A DNA stretch of 64,000 bases, taken from the NCBI GenBank assembly GCA_963702435.1, contig CAVPCR010000001.1, forward strand, positions 800,001-864,000. The letters run 5' to 3'. This document shows positions 11,531 through 21,525 of this stretch, piece after piece. The position numbers were made by a program, and so were the translations under genes. Every line of letters starts with the position of its first letter. Positions within the stretch are counted from its first letter, which is position 1. This stretch comes from Candidatus Eiseniibacteriota bacterium (GTDB lineage: Bacteria; Eisenbacteria; RBG-16-71-46; CAVPCR01). The notes under the pieces were generated by a model. That model searched no databases. It worked only from the letters and a program-made list of their open reading frames with translations, and was not told the DNA's origin.

Positions 11531-12516
11531 TGCGAGCGATGGTGCTCGCGGCCCCCGGCCGCCCCCTCGCGGAGGCCGAGATCGCCCGTCCGGACCCGGC
11601 ACCGCACGAGATCCTCGTCCGGGTCGGCGCCTGCGCCGTCTGCCGCACCGACCTCCACGTCGTCGACGGCGAGCTCCCCCATCCGAAGCTCCCGCTCGTG
11701 CCGGGCCACGAGATCGCGGGGGCCGTGGTCAGAGCGGGGGCCGCGGTCACTCGCTTCGCGATCGGCGACCGCGCCGGGATCCCGTGGCTCGGGGCGACCT
11801 GCGGCCGGTGTGCGTATTGCCGGAGCGGGCGCGAGAACCTGTGCGCCGAGGCGCGCTTCACGGGCTACGATCTCGACGGCGGCTACGCCGAATACGCGCT
11901 CGCCGACGCGCGCTTCGCCTTCCGCCTGCCCGACGCCTACTCCGATCTCGAGGCGGCGCCGCTGCTCTGCGCGGGGCTCATCGGCTACCGCGCGCTCCGC
12001 GCCGCGGGGAATGCGGAACGACTCGGCCTGTACGGCTTCGGCGCCGCCGCCCACATCGTGGCGCAGATCGCGCGCCACGAGGGCCGCCGCCTCTTCGCCT
12101 TCACGCGGGCCGGGGATGCGGCGAGCCAGGCCTTCGCGCGCGAGCTCGGCTGCGAGTGGGCCGGCGCATCCGCGGACGCGCCGCCGGAACCGCTCGCCGC
12201 CGCGATCCTCTTCGCGCCGGTCGGCGCGCTCGTCCCGCTTGCGCTGCGCGCGGTCGAGCGCGGCGGCACCGTCGTCTGCGCCGGGATCCACATGAGCGAG
12301 ATCCCCGCCTTCCCCTACGAGCTCCTGTGGGGCGAGCGCCAGGTGCGCTCGGTCGCCAACCTGACCCGCCGGGACGGCGAGGAGTTCCTCGCCCTCGCGC
12401 CGCGGGTGCCGGTGAGAACGAGCGTCACCCGGTATCCGCTCGCCGCCGCCAACGAGGCGCTCGCCGCGCTCCGCGCCGGCGCGATCGCGCGCGGCGCCGC
12501 CGTGCTCGTGCCTTGA
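11530..12516 (+). CDS. Zinc-dependent alcohol dehydrogenase family protein
   Basis: CRTDLH, GHE, structural-Zn cysteines CGRCAYC..C, and GLYGFG. Confidence 0.93.
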   Translation: MRAMVLAAPGRPLAEAEIARPDPAPHEILVRVGACAVCRTDLHVVDGELPHPKLPLVPGHEIAGAVVRAGAAVTRFAIGDRAGIPWLGATCGRCAYCRSGRENLCAEARFTGYDLDGGYAEYALADARFAFRLPDAYSDLEAAPLLCAGLIGYRALRAAGNAERLGLYGFGAAAHIVAQIARHEGRRLFAFTRAGDAASQAFARELGCEWAGASADAPPEPLAAAILFAPVGALVPLALRAVERGGTVVCAGIHMSEIPAFPYELLWGERQVRSVANLTRRDGEEFLALAPRVPVRTSVTRYPLAAANEALAALRAGAIARGAAVLVP

Positions 12517-12577
12517 TGAAGGCTTGCCCCAGTGGCGTTCCCCATGCCTGTGCCCATGCCGGGCGTACCACATGCAG

Positions 12578-12606
12578 GGAGCACCCCGGGGATCCCGGGG
12601 TGCTCC
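12578..12606. terminator. Hairpin between convergent genes
   Basis: GGAGCACCCCGGG-GAT-CCCGGGGTGCTCC, a perfect 13-bp stem followed by TCTT. Confidence 0.65.
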
Positions 12607-12656
12607 TCTTCACGAAGCCGGAGTGAATCCTCCGGCCCGGGCCTCGATCCGCGCTC

Positions 12657-15600
12657 TTACTTGAGGAGCGCGAGCGAGCGCACCTGCGTCCGCTCCGGCG
12701 TATCGAAGCGCAGGAAGTAGATGCCGGAGGCGAGCCGATCGCCGCCCGCGTTCCGGCCGTCGAAGACGATCGCGTGCTCGCCGCGGGCGACGACCCCGGA
12801 GACGAGCGTCCGCACGAGCCGCCCGCTCACGTCGTAGACCTTGAGCTCGAGGCGCGTCGGCGCGGCGACCGCGTACGCGATCGTGGTCGCGGGGTTGAAG
12901 GGGTTCGGGCTGATCGCGACGAGCCCCGTCTCCCGCGGCGATGCGCCCGCCGCATCCGGCATCCCGGCGCTCCCGGCCCGGATGATGTCGAAGGTGATGT
13001 CATCCACCGCCGCTTCCACGAGCGAGGGATTCACGAGATCGGACGCCACGAACCGCACCTGCACCCGGTCCGTGAAAGTGACGAAGTCGGCGAGGTCGAA
13101 GCTCTGCTGCGTCCACGCCACGGCCGGCGTGAGCGTGTTCTCGAGATGGATCCACGTCGTGCCGTCGGCGGTGACATCCACCACCCAGTTGTCCTCGTTC
13201 GGATTGTTGCCGGCGCTGTTCGAGAACCAGCGCCAGTAGGTGACGGTCGCGGTCGTCGCGTTCGAGAGGTCGAAGACCGGCGAGAGGAGGGTGGTCTTCC
13301 CGCCGTCGACATCGGCCGACCCGGCGGCAGCCCCCGGATCGGCGTTCCCGGTCACGAAGCAGGCGACACCCGGGCTCGGCGTGTGGTCGTCCTCGGTCTG
13401 CACCACCACGCTGTTGTACGTGGTGCCGACCGGGTCGGCCCGGATCCAGCGCCCGCTCGTCGCGTTGTCATCGGGCGCGGCGAGGGCCCAGCCGCGCTCG
13501 GCCTCGGCGTCGTCGAACCACGGGCCGACCGGCATCTCGTAGTCGAGAACCGCCTGGAACCCGTTCCCGGCGCCGACCGTGATCCGGAGCGGGACCTGGG
13601 TCGGGCTCGGGCAGCCGGGGAGCACCTGGAGCTCGAAGATCCCCATCGTGCCCTGGCCGCCGATCGGAACGGCGGGAGCGGTGCCGCCCGCGCTCGTGAT
13701 CGAGACGCCGGAGTGGGTCGAGGTCAAGGTCCCGGTGAGCGCCGGGCTCGCCGAGTGCCCCGTGTTCCCGATCGTGACCGTGAGCGAGATCGCATCGCCC
13801 GGATCGGGCCGGCCGTTGGCGTTTCCGGCCGAGTCGTCGGTGAAGAGGCTCAGCGCCCCGAGCACCGGCGCCTGGACTGGGAGACCGAAGTTCGCGGCCC
13901 ACTGCCCCTCGGTGGCGGTGATGGCGAGCGTGAAGGCGACCACGTGCCCATCCGGGCAGTTCCCCGCCACGGTGAGCGCGTACGGAGCCAGGCAGGTGGC
14001 GCTGCCGCCGGCCGGGATGTTCGGGAAGCTCTGCGCCGCCGTGGTGATGGTCACGTACGGATCGGCCGCCGAGAGGGTCGCCGTGACCCCGGTCGTCGGC
14101 TCGATGCCGACGTTCTTGAGCGTGACGAGGAGGCCGTCCGCCTCGCCGGCATCGAGGATGCCGTCATCGTCGCCGGCCGCGTCCAGCACCTGGACGCTGT
14201 CGTACACCAGGTAGGGCCCCGCCGGCGGCAGGATCGGCACCGGCTGGTCGTAGCGGTAGCGGTTGGCCAGGGTGACGGTGATGCGCAGCGTCCCCGGCTG
14301 CGTCGGCGGCGTGATCGGGATCTCCTGCGGCAGCCCGGTGGCGTCGGCCACCCCGACGATCTCCCCGTTCACCGTGAGCGCGATGACCGCGCCGGCCTCC
14401 GCCTGCACCGGGAAGGTGCCGAGTGCCGATGAGGCAGACGGCGGCGTGCGTCGGCCACCATGGTCGTCGGCACCTCGGAGTACATGGCGCAGGAAGGCGT
14501 CGCCGTGGTGGTGGAAGAGATGGTAGGTGACCGTCCTTGTTCCGGTGTTGTAGGGCCAGCTGCTGGCCTGCAGGAAGTACTTGCCGCTGGCCATGCCGAA
14601 GGCCGGGCGCAGGTCGGTGGCAAAGCGCGGCGCCGGGTTCTGGGGGCCGTAGCCCGGCATGAACTCCGGCCACATGGTGTCGCACATCCCCCAGATGAAG
14701 GTGTCGTTGACGAAGGAGTAGCAGATCTCCGAGGCGGCGATCAGGCCGAGCGCCCGCTGGCCCATGCGGTGGAACGCCTCGGTGAAGCACTCGCTCGAGT
14801 AGTTGTACTTGCCGGTCAGGCAGTTCATGGAGAAGACGAACGGGAGCTTGTCGTTGTGCAAGCCCGGCCAGGTTCGTGTTGCAGTAGGCCGGCTCGCCCC
14901 AGCCGGTCTCGGCCCCATGGTCGCGGTGGAGCAGCATGTAGCCGCCGGCGTTGATGTCGGCGTTGATGCGGGTCGCGTTGCCGCCCCAGTCGGTGAGGTG
15001 GTGCGGGGTGGCCGGGATGTAGCCGAGGCCGTTCGGCCCGAAGTAGTTGACCACGGTGGCGGTGTTGGTCGCGGTCGACCACGATCGTGCCCGGCGTGCC
15101 GTCGTAGATGGCGTACTCGCGCACCGGGTGCTTGCCGAGCGCGTTGGCCTGGTGGCCGAAGATGACCTCCGTGCAGAGGATGAACCAGCGTTCGGTCTGC
15201 CAGCCGCCGGCGATGATCGGGTGGTCGTAGAAGGCGGCGTCGGTGTAGGGTGCCGCTCGTAGGCGATCATCTTGCCGATCATGCGTCGCGAGCTCGGTCG
15301 GGTTCCGGGCGGTGATGCGCGCATGGACCATGTCGGGGAGATGGTCGGCGTTGACGTCGGCGTAGATGTTGTCCAGACGCAGTAGCTGTTCCAGATCGGG
15401 GACGGTGATCCCCGGTGTCGCGGAGCCCGCGTTCGGGTAGTCGCCGAGGAGTGAGGAAGGCGTCGGGCGCCGGGTCCCAGGTGTTGTAGGCGTTGTTGAG
15501 CCAGGTCTCGATTGCGCCGCCGTGGTGCCGCCGATCTCGGTCGTGGTGAAGACCTCCGTGGAGATCCCCTGCGAGCTGCCGCCAGGTCTTCAGGGTGTCG

Positions 15601-16395
15601 GCCCAGGCGATGAAGGCCGGGTTGTCGGGGCAGATGATCACGTACTCGTAGCCGTTGCGACTGCGCCGCGAGCTGGTCGAAGTCGACCGGCGGGAGCGAG
15701 GCGTAGTTGAGCGAGATGCTCCTCGCAGGATCGGCTCCCAGTAGCGGCTGCGCAGCCGCTCCTCGCCGAAGACGCCGGCGCCGCCCGTGAAGTCGATGCG
15801 GACGTCGAGCTCCGGTAGACGGTCAGCTCGCTGGTCGCCGGGTTGTACTGGAACGGCGTGATCCCGACAGTGACGCAGTCCACGCCGCGCATCTGCGCCG
15901 GGCGCGGAGAGGAGCACCGGCGCTCGCCGGGTAGGCGGCGTCGCGGCCGTAGATGGCGGGGTTCCGAACGTGTAGACGAGCGGCGAGTCGTCGTTCTCGC
16001 TTCGGGATGACCGGGGCCGGCGCGAGCGTCCACGTCTGGATCGTCTGCGCTCGCGCGCGGCGAGGATGTCGACCGTGGCCGTGGCACCCTGCGGGCACGG
16101 CCAGGAAGCGCCCGAGTCCCGGGAGGTCGGGCGCTCCCGCGTCGTTGGGCAGGAAGACGTCCGGCATGGTGATCTTCTGGACCACCTGCCCGTCGAGGGT
16201 GAGCGGCTCCATCGCGAACGAGCCCATCTCGAAGTGGAGCTCGACTCCCGTGGCCGACTGCGCGCGGAGCGTGATCCCGGGCTCCTGGGCGCTGGCGAAG
16301 GTGAAGGTCTCCGCGAGGGCCGGCCCCGCGGCGAGCAGGGTGACCGCGAGGATCACCGGAAGCGGAATCGATGCCGAGTACCTAGCCGATGCCAT
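12657..16395 (-). CDS. Gingipain-like C25 cysteine peptidase (signal peptide, propeptide, catalytic domain, Ig repeats, FlgD-Ig/T9SS-like CTD); multiply frameshifted in this sequence
   Basis: Fragments in alternating frames stitch together: MASARYS..signal, DAGAPDLP, PFQYNP, YEYVIICP, catalytic HRDHG and FSMNCLTG, HHHGD, and C-terminal SPNPFNP..VYDVSGRLV..ASGIYF. Many 1-nt indels lie between about 14420 and 16100. Confidence 0.85.
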
Positions 16396-16772
16396 GGGCG
16401 TCCTCCTCCTCACATCATGGGCAGGAGCACCCGGGTCCAGGCGGAAGATAGACCGGTGGCGAAGGCGGAAAGGAGACAGGACGAGGCAGCGGGAGCGGTC
16501 GTCACAGCGGTCGATCTCGTCAAGGGCCAACTCCGGGTGCGCGCGGCCGCACAGCCGAGCCCTCGTTTCGACCGACCTGGGTATGCCGGGCCAGGCCCGG
16601 GTCGCGAAGCGAGCTCCCCTCCATGATACCGCCACGGAGGCCGGCGCGTCGCGGTCAATCAGCGGGCGATCGTCCCGGGGCCGGAAACGGACGGGGGCGG
16701 CCCCGCCTGGCACGAGGCCTGGCGCTGACCGCCCCCCGGACGGACGTGCCCCGATTTGCGTCCGACGTCCGA

Positions 16773-17123
16773 CTACATGTTGAAGATCGACGGGAGCTCG
16801 GGCGATTCCTTCTTCGCTGCCTTGCGGCGCACGGCCTTCCGCGTCGCCTTCTTGCGCACGGCCTTCCGCACCAGCTTCCGGCGCACAGCCTTGCGCACGA
16901 TCTTCCGGCGCACGGCCTTGCGGGCGACCTTGCGCCGCACCGCCTTGCGGGCGACCTTGCGCCGCACCGCCTTGCGAGCGACCTTCCTACGCACCGCCTT
17001 GCGGGCGACCTTCCTACGCACCGCCTTGCGGGCGACCTTCCTACGCACGACCTTCCGCGTCGCCTTCTTGCGCGCGACCTTGCGGACGGCCTTCTTACGC
17101 GTGGCCTTCTTACGAGCCGCCAT
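16773..17123 (-). CDS. Histone H1-like / Hc2-like basic repeat nucleoid protein
   Basis: 116 aa, 58 of them Lys or Arg by my count; eight 9-aa RKVARKAVR-type units; GGGGG SD-like element. Confidence 0.8.
   Translation of the reverse strand: MAARKKATRKKAVRKVARKKATRKVVRRKVARKAVRRKVARKAVRRKVARKAVRRKVARKAVRRKVARKAVRRKIVRKAVRRKLVRKAVRKKATRKAVRRKAAKKESPELPSIFNM
16827..17042 (-). repeat. 27-bp coding tandem repeat, 8 units
   Basis: Plus-strand unit cgggcgaccttgcgccgcaccgccttg. Most variants are synonymous, which supports a coding role. Confidence 0.9.
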
Positions 17124-17176
17124 TCCGATTACCCCCTGTGAGAGACAGTCTCTGACCCGGGCCCGGACCGTGGCGC

Positions 17177-17566
17177 TCAGTGCCCTGGACCGACCAAGGT
17201 CTCGACCTCGGCGATCATCGCTCCGAGATCGAATGGTTTGGTGAAGTACCGCTGGACACCCAGTCGCCGGGCCTCGGCCTTGGTCTCGGGATTGTCGAAG
17301 GCGGTCATCAGGATGACCTTGGCCTGGACATCGCCCGCTCTCAGCTTCTCGAGAAGACCAAGTCCGCTGCCCTTCGGCAGCCGGTTGTCGATGATGATCA
17401 GATCGAACTCCGAATCGGCGGTGAAGATCTGGCTTTCCGCCGCCTCGATGTTCGAAGCGATCCGCGTGTCGAATCCGGCATCCGCGAGGGCGCTGGACAA
17501 CGTGCGCGCAATGAGGCGCTCGTCATCGACGATCAGCACGCTCTTGGACAAGACCTGGACCTCCAT
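17177..17566 (-). CDS. Single-domain response regulator (receiver only)
   Basis: LIVDDE, phospho-Asp in IIIDNRLP, MTA and KPF; no output domain. Confidence 0.92.
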   Translation of the reverse strand: MEVQVLSKSVLIVDDERLIARTLSSALADAGFDTRIASNIEAAESQIFTADSEFDLIIIDNRLPKGSGLGLLEKLRAGDVQAKVILMTAFDNPETKAEARRLGVQRYFTKPFDLGAMIAEVETLVGPGH

Positions 17567-17594
17567 AGCGGATCTCACCGATCTATGCAGTGAG

Positions 17595-17610
17595 GCAAGT
17601 CGCATGCCAA
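17595..17610 (-). promoter_or_regulatory. Sigma54 promoter upstream of the response regulator / histone-like genes
   Basis: Minus strand reads TTGGCATGCGACTTGC, matching TGGCAY-N5-TTGC, about 30 nt upstream of the ATG. Confidence 0.7.
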
Positions 17611-17737
17611 GATCGCGCGCGCATCCGCGCGTTGCCATGCATGGTCCGCATCTTCATGCCCGACATGGCGTTGCAGAGGTCACACGGCCGCGGCCGGGCG
17701 GCCATGCACGCTGTCCACAGGCTGTCTGCAGTGAGGG

Positions 17738-17781
17738 GCGCTATCCAGCTTCTGGATAGCGCACACCGCAGAAAGCGGTGT
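17738..17781. promoter_or_regulatory. Two adjacent palindromes (candidate enhancer-binding-protein sites or terminator of the AAA operon)
   Basis: GCGCTATCCAG-CTT-CTGGATAGCGC (17738-17762) and ACACCGC-AGAAA-GCGGTGT (17763-17781). Confidence 0.5.
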
Positions 17782-17893
17782 TCATCCGTAAGATGCTGAA
17801 GATCAAGAGGATGGAGCCGGCAGCGGCGATCTGGCGAGTGTCAAGTTTGCTGACGCCTCGCATCAACTTTGTCCGATATCCTGCAAGCGCTCT

Positions 17894-19699
17894 TCACGCC
17901 TCGCCGATGACAACCTTCAACTCGGCGATCCGCGCGTTGACCGCGGCCATCGACAGGTTCTTGAAGCGCTCCGGCAGGAAGCGCGTATCCGTGCACTCCT
18001 TCACCGCGAGGAGATCCATGAGCTCGAGCCGTTCGGTGTGGGCCGAGGGCCGGATGTCGGTGATCACGTCCGCGATGACCTGCGGCAGGTCCTGCCGCGA
18101 CGCGCCGTCCGGCTGCGTCTCGTAGGCGCGGAGCGCGCGGACCAGGATCCCCTCCATCTCGTTGCCGCCGATCTGGTCGTTGTCGGGAAGCGGCGGCAGG
18201 TCCGCGGGCGCGATCGGCACCCGGAGCTTCCGCGCCATGGCGGCGAAGAGCGCCTTCCGGCCGGCCGCCGTCCCGGGCGGGAAGAGCGGGATGTGCACGT
18301 CGAGCCGGCCCTGGCGCTTCAAATCCACCTCGAGGAGATCGGGCCGCGAGGTGGCGAAGATCCAGATGATCTTCCCGCGGTTCTTCGTGTCGCTCATCTC
18401 GCGGGCCATCATGGCGTAGACCCGCCCCGAGAGCCCGGAGTCCCCGTCGCCGCCGCCGCGCCGCCCCATGGCCTGGTCGGCCTCGTCCACGAACACGATC
18501 ACCTGGCCGAGCGCGTGCAGGATCGAGAAGACCTTCTCCAGATTCCCCTCGGTCGCCCCCACCCACTTCTCGCGGAAGTTCTTGAGCTCGACGCAGGGGA
18601 TGCCGATCTCGCCGGCCAGGCACTCGACGAGGTAGGTCTTGCCGGTCCCGATGCGGCCGGTGAGGAGATAGCCCATCGGGATCGCGGCGCTCACGCCCTT
18701 TCTGAGCAACACCGCGTCCTGGCGGAGCCAGGCCTTGGCCTCCTCGTGCCCGGCCACGTCGTCGAGGGTGCGCGCCGACTCGATGAAGTCGAGCCGCCCG
18801 AACGCCTCCTTCTCGATCGTCTCCTTCTTGACATGGGTCAGGTAGGCCCCGGTCAGCCGCTCCTTCTCGGCCATGGCGCGCCGGAGGAGCGTGCGCACGC
18901 TCACCCGCGACAGCCCGACCAGGCGCTCGCCCAGCACCTCGGGGCCGAACTCGCTCACGGCCGCGAAGTCGGGCGCCTCCCTGGTCAGAAACGCGATGAA
19001 ATCGCGGAGCTCGACCGCGGCCGGCAGCTCGATCTTGATCTTGGCCGAGTACGGGCTCTCGACCAGCATGCGGTTCAGGTCGGCGAGGTTCTCGGTGAGG
19101 AGGACGGTGGTCACGAAGGCGCTCGTGATCGCGGGATCGGAACCCCAGTCGATGAGCTGGATCAGGGTCTGGCTCAGGTCGGCGAGGTAGAGCGGATCAC
19201 CTTGCGGCGCGATGAAGTGAGCGTAGTCGATCATCACCGCGACGCGCAGCGGATCGGCCACCGCCTTCCCGTCCACGACCCGGGTGCGCCCGAGCGCCCC
19301 GCGCAGGAAGCGGTCGATCAGCTCGAGGGCCCGCTTCGGATCGCGGGGCAGGAGGCCCGAGAGATCGAGCGCCGCCGCCTTGTCGGCCCCCGTCGCCGGG
19401 AGCGACGACCAGCTCGTCCCCTCGAAGGCGTCGAAGGCCGCGAGGAACCGCTGGAAGGCCTCGGCCCCCTTCAGGATGCGGATCCCCTTGCCGCGGTCGT
19501 AGTGCACGACCACCTCGAAGGGGTCGAACATGACCGTGGTCAGGAAGCGGCGGAGAGAAAGGTAGTCCTCGCCGCCGGGGGCGGGCACCAGGTCGAACAC
19601 GTTGCCGTGGAGGATGAACTGGCTCGTCGTGCCGGCGCGGAAGATCGCGCGCATCTCCTCCGCCCACGGCGCGAGCCGGCCCGCGGCGTCCACTGCCAT
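17894..19699 (-). CDS. AAA+ ATPase, classical clade (Vps4/Cdc48/Ycf46-like), with degenerate N-terminal AAA-like domain
   Basis: Walker A GRIGTGKT, pore loop EKWVG, Walker B VFVDEAD, SRH ATSRPDLL..KRQGRLD. Confidence 0.9.
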   Translation of the reverse strand: MAVDAAGRLAPWAEEMRAIFRAGTTSQFILHGNVFDLVPAPGGEDYLSLRRFLTTVMFDPFEVVVHYDRGKGIRILKGAEAFQRFLAAFDAFEGTSWSSLPATGADKAAALDLSGLLPRDPKRALELIDRFLRGALGRTRVVDGKAVADPLRVAVMIDYAHFIAPQGDPLYLADLSQTLIQLIDWGSDPAITSAFVTTVLLTENLADLNRMLVESPYSAKIKIELPAAVELRDFIAFLTREAPDFAAVSEFGPEVLGERLVGLSRVSVRTLLRRAMAEKERLTGAYLTHVKKETIEKEAFGRLDFIESARTLDDVAGHEEAKAWLRQDAVLLRKGVSAAIPMGYLLTGRIGTGKTYLVECLAGEIGIPCVELKNFREKWVGATEGNLEKVFSILHALGQVIVFVDEADQAMGRRGGGDGDSGLSGRVYAMMAREMSDTKNRGKIIWIFATSRPDLLEVDLKRQGRLDVHIPLFPPGTAAGRKALFAAMARKLRVPIAPADLPPLPDNDQIGGNEMEGILVRALRAYETQPDGASRQDLPQVIADVITDIRPSAHTERLELMDLLAVKECTDTRFLPERFKNLSMAAVNARIAELKVVIGEA

Positions 19700-19704
19700 G
19701 ATCT

Positions 19705-20644
19705 TCAGGCCCTTTCCCGGCCGCGCCGGGGCGGCGGCGGTGGCGTGTCCGGCGGCCCCTCCAGCTCCGGCGGCGCCGCCAGCGGCCCTTCGAGCCGCGG
19801 CAGGAGCGGTCCGCCCTCGCCGAGCTCGTCCCCGGCGAGCGTGCCGAAGAGCTCCGCGTTCTGGTCCATCCAGCGCGAGGTCTCGGCGAGGGTCTGGCTC
19901 ACCGCATCGAGCCGCGCCGAGAGCATCTCCGGCCCGCCCGAGACCGCGGACTCCTCGCGGATCAGGCGCACCTGCTGCTCGATGCGCTCGAGCTCGGCGT
20001 CGATCACCTCGAGGCTCGAGCGCGCCCGCTCGAGATTGGCGCGGCGCTTGGTCTGGATGTCGAGGGTCGCCTCGAGCGAGCGGGCGAGCGGGCTCCCCTC
20101 CGCGGCCGCGGCGCGGCGCGCCTTGAGATCCTCGACCGCGGCTTCCAGCGCCCGCGGATCCACCTGCGCCAGGTTCTGCCGGATCACCTCGCGCGAGACG
20201 AGGAGGCGCAGGAAGAGCGCGAGCAGGCTGTTGAGGCTCCCCGCGCGCAGGTCCTCGAGCGTGCCCGACTCGTTCCGGTGGGTCGCCGGCGTGATGCCGA
20301 GGATGCGCGCGCACTCGGCGAGGAGGCGCCGGTAGCGCGCCTGCGCGTCGAGGGCGAGCCGCGCGAGCGTCTCCTTGACCATCTCGTCGGCTCCGCGCTG
20401 GCTCGCGACGAGCATCTCGCCCTGGACCAGCCGCTGGAAGCGCTGATTCGACGACAGCCAGCCGAGGTAGGAGAGCTCGGCCGCCGCGCCCAGGAGCCAG
20501 AAGCCGGGGTTCACGAACCCGAGGAGGCTCGAAGGCGAGGAGCCCCATCTGGTTCACGGGCATCCGTCCGAGGAGCGGGACCGGATACGGATGCCGGAAG
20601 GCGGCCCGCACGTAGTCCCAGTAGCTCAGGGGCTTCTTCGCCAT
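19705..20644 (-). CDS. Membrane-anchored coiled-coil protein of unknown function (one frameshift at about 20531)
   Basis: MAKKPLSYWDY...GLLAF continues in a shifted frame as SLLGFVNPGFWLLG; about 2 TM helices, then long heptad-rich helices and a Pro-rich tail. Confidence 0.75.
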
Positions 20645-20652
20645 GGCTTGGG

Positions 20653-21525
20653 TCAGGCTTTGCCCGCCTCCAGGGTCCGGAACGCCGCCGCCACCTCGGC
20701 CACCACCGCCTTGAAGCTCGCGCTCTCCTGCACGACGAGCGGATCCGCGTCCCGCGTGCGCGGAATGATGTCGGCGAACTCCTTCCCGATGCGCCCCGGC
20801 GCGGGCGTGATGATCCACACTCGATCGCCCAGGTACACCGCCTCCGCGATCGAGTGGGTGATGATGAAGACCGTGGCCTCGACCTCGTGCCAGAGGGCCA
20901 TGATGAGCCGCTGCATCTCCAGGCGGGTCGGCTCGTCGAGCGCCGAGAACGGCTCGTCCATCAGGATGATCTTCGGCTTGAGGGCCAGCGCGCGGGCGAT
21001 CGCCACCCGCTGCTGCTGGCCGCCGGAGAGCTGGTGCGGGTACTTCCGCTCGTGCTCGGCGAGCCCCACCTTGCGGAGCCAGTCGCGCGCCAGGTCCACG
21101 ATCGCCGAGCGGCCGAGGCCGAGCTCGCGCTGGTTCAGCTCGAGCCCGAAGGTGACGTTCTCGAGCACCGTGCGCTGCGGGAACGAGCTGTACTTCTGGA
21201 AGATCATGCCGCGGTCGCGCCCCGGTCCGGTCACGAGTTGCCCGTGCACGCGCACCTCGCCCGTGGTCGGCGGGTAGACGTCGTCGAAGCCCTGGATCAG
21301 GTTCAGGATGGTGGACTTGCCGGAGCCGGAGGGGCCGACGATGGCGATGAACTCGCCGTAGTCCGGCTTGTCGTCGATGCGGAAGCTCAGGTCCCTGAGC
21401 GCGGTGAACGCGCGCGGCGTGCCGGGATTGAAGGTCTTCTCGACCGCGCGGAACTCGACCACCGGCGGGACGGCGGCCGCCGGAGCGGCCGGCGCGGATC
21501 CCGGCGCTGCACCCGCCGCGGTCAT
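20653..21525 (-). CDS. ABC transporter ATP-binding protein (NitT/TauT family)
   Basis: GPSGSGKS, LSGGQQQR, MDEPFSALD, ITH; ATGA overlap with the permease. Confidence 0.95.
   Translation of the reverse strand: MTAAGAAPGSAPAAPAAAVPPVVEFRAVEKTFNPGTPRAFTALRDLSFRIDDKPDYGEFIAIVGPSGSGKSTILNLIQGFDDVYPPTTGEVRVHGQLVTGPGRDRGMIFQKYSSFPQRTVLENVTFGLELNQRELGLGRSAIVDLARDWLRKVGLAEHERKYPHQLSGGQQQRVAIARALALKPKIILMDEPFSALDEPTRLEMQRLIMALWHEVEATVFIITHSIAEAVYLGDRVWIITPAPGRIGKEFADIIPRTRDADPLVVQESASFKAVVAEVAAAFRTLEAGKA

Noticed and set aside
14420..16100. Hypervariable or DGR-type diversification of the C25 gene
   Set aside because: The changes are indels, not adenine-specific substitutions, and there is no reverse transcriptase or template repeat in the window.
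16756..17244. Plus-strand repeat ORFs (RRTALRATL; AHGLAGDL) or a CRISPR-like array
   Set aside because: The repeats have no spacers, and the variation is synonymous mainly in the minus-strand K/R frame.
17894..20818. 974-aa ORF as a single extended AAA protein
   Set aside because: Artefact of the indel near 20531. The ATPase starts at 19699, just after the upstream stop at 19705.
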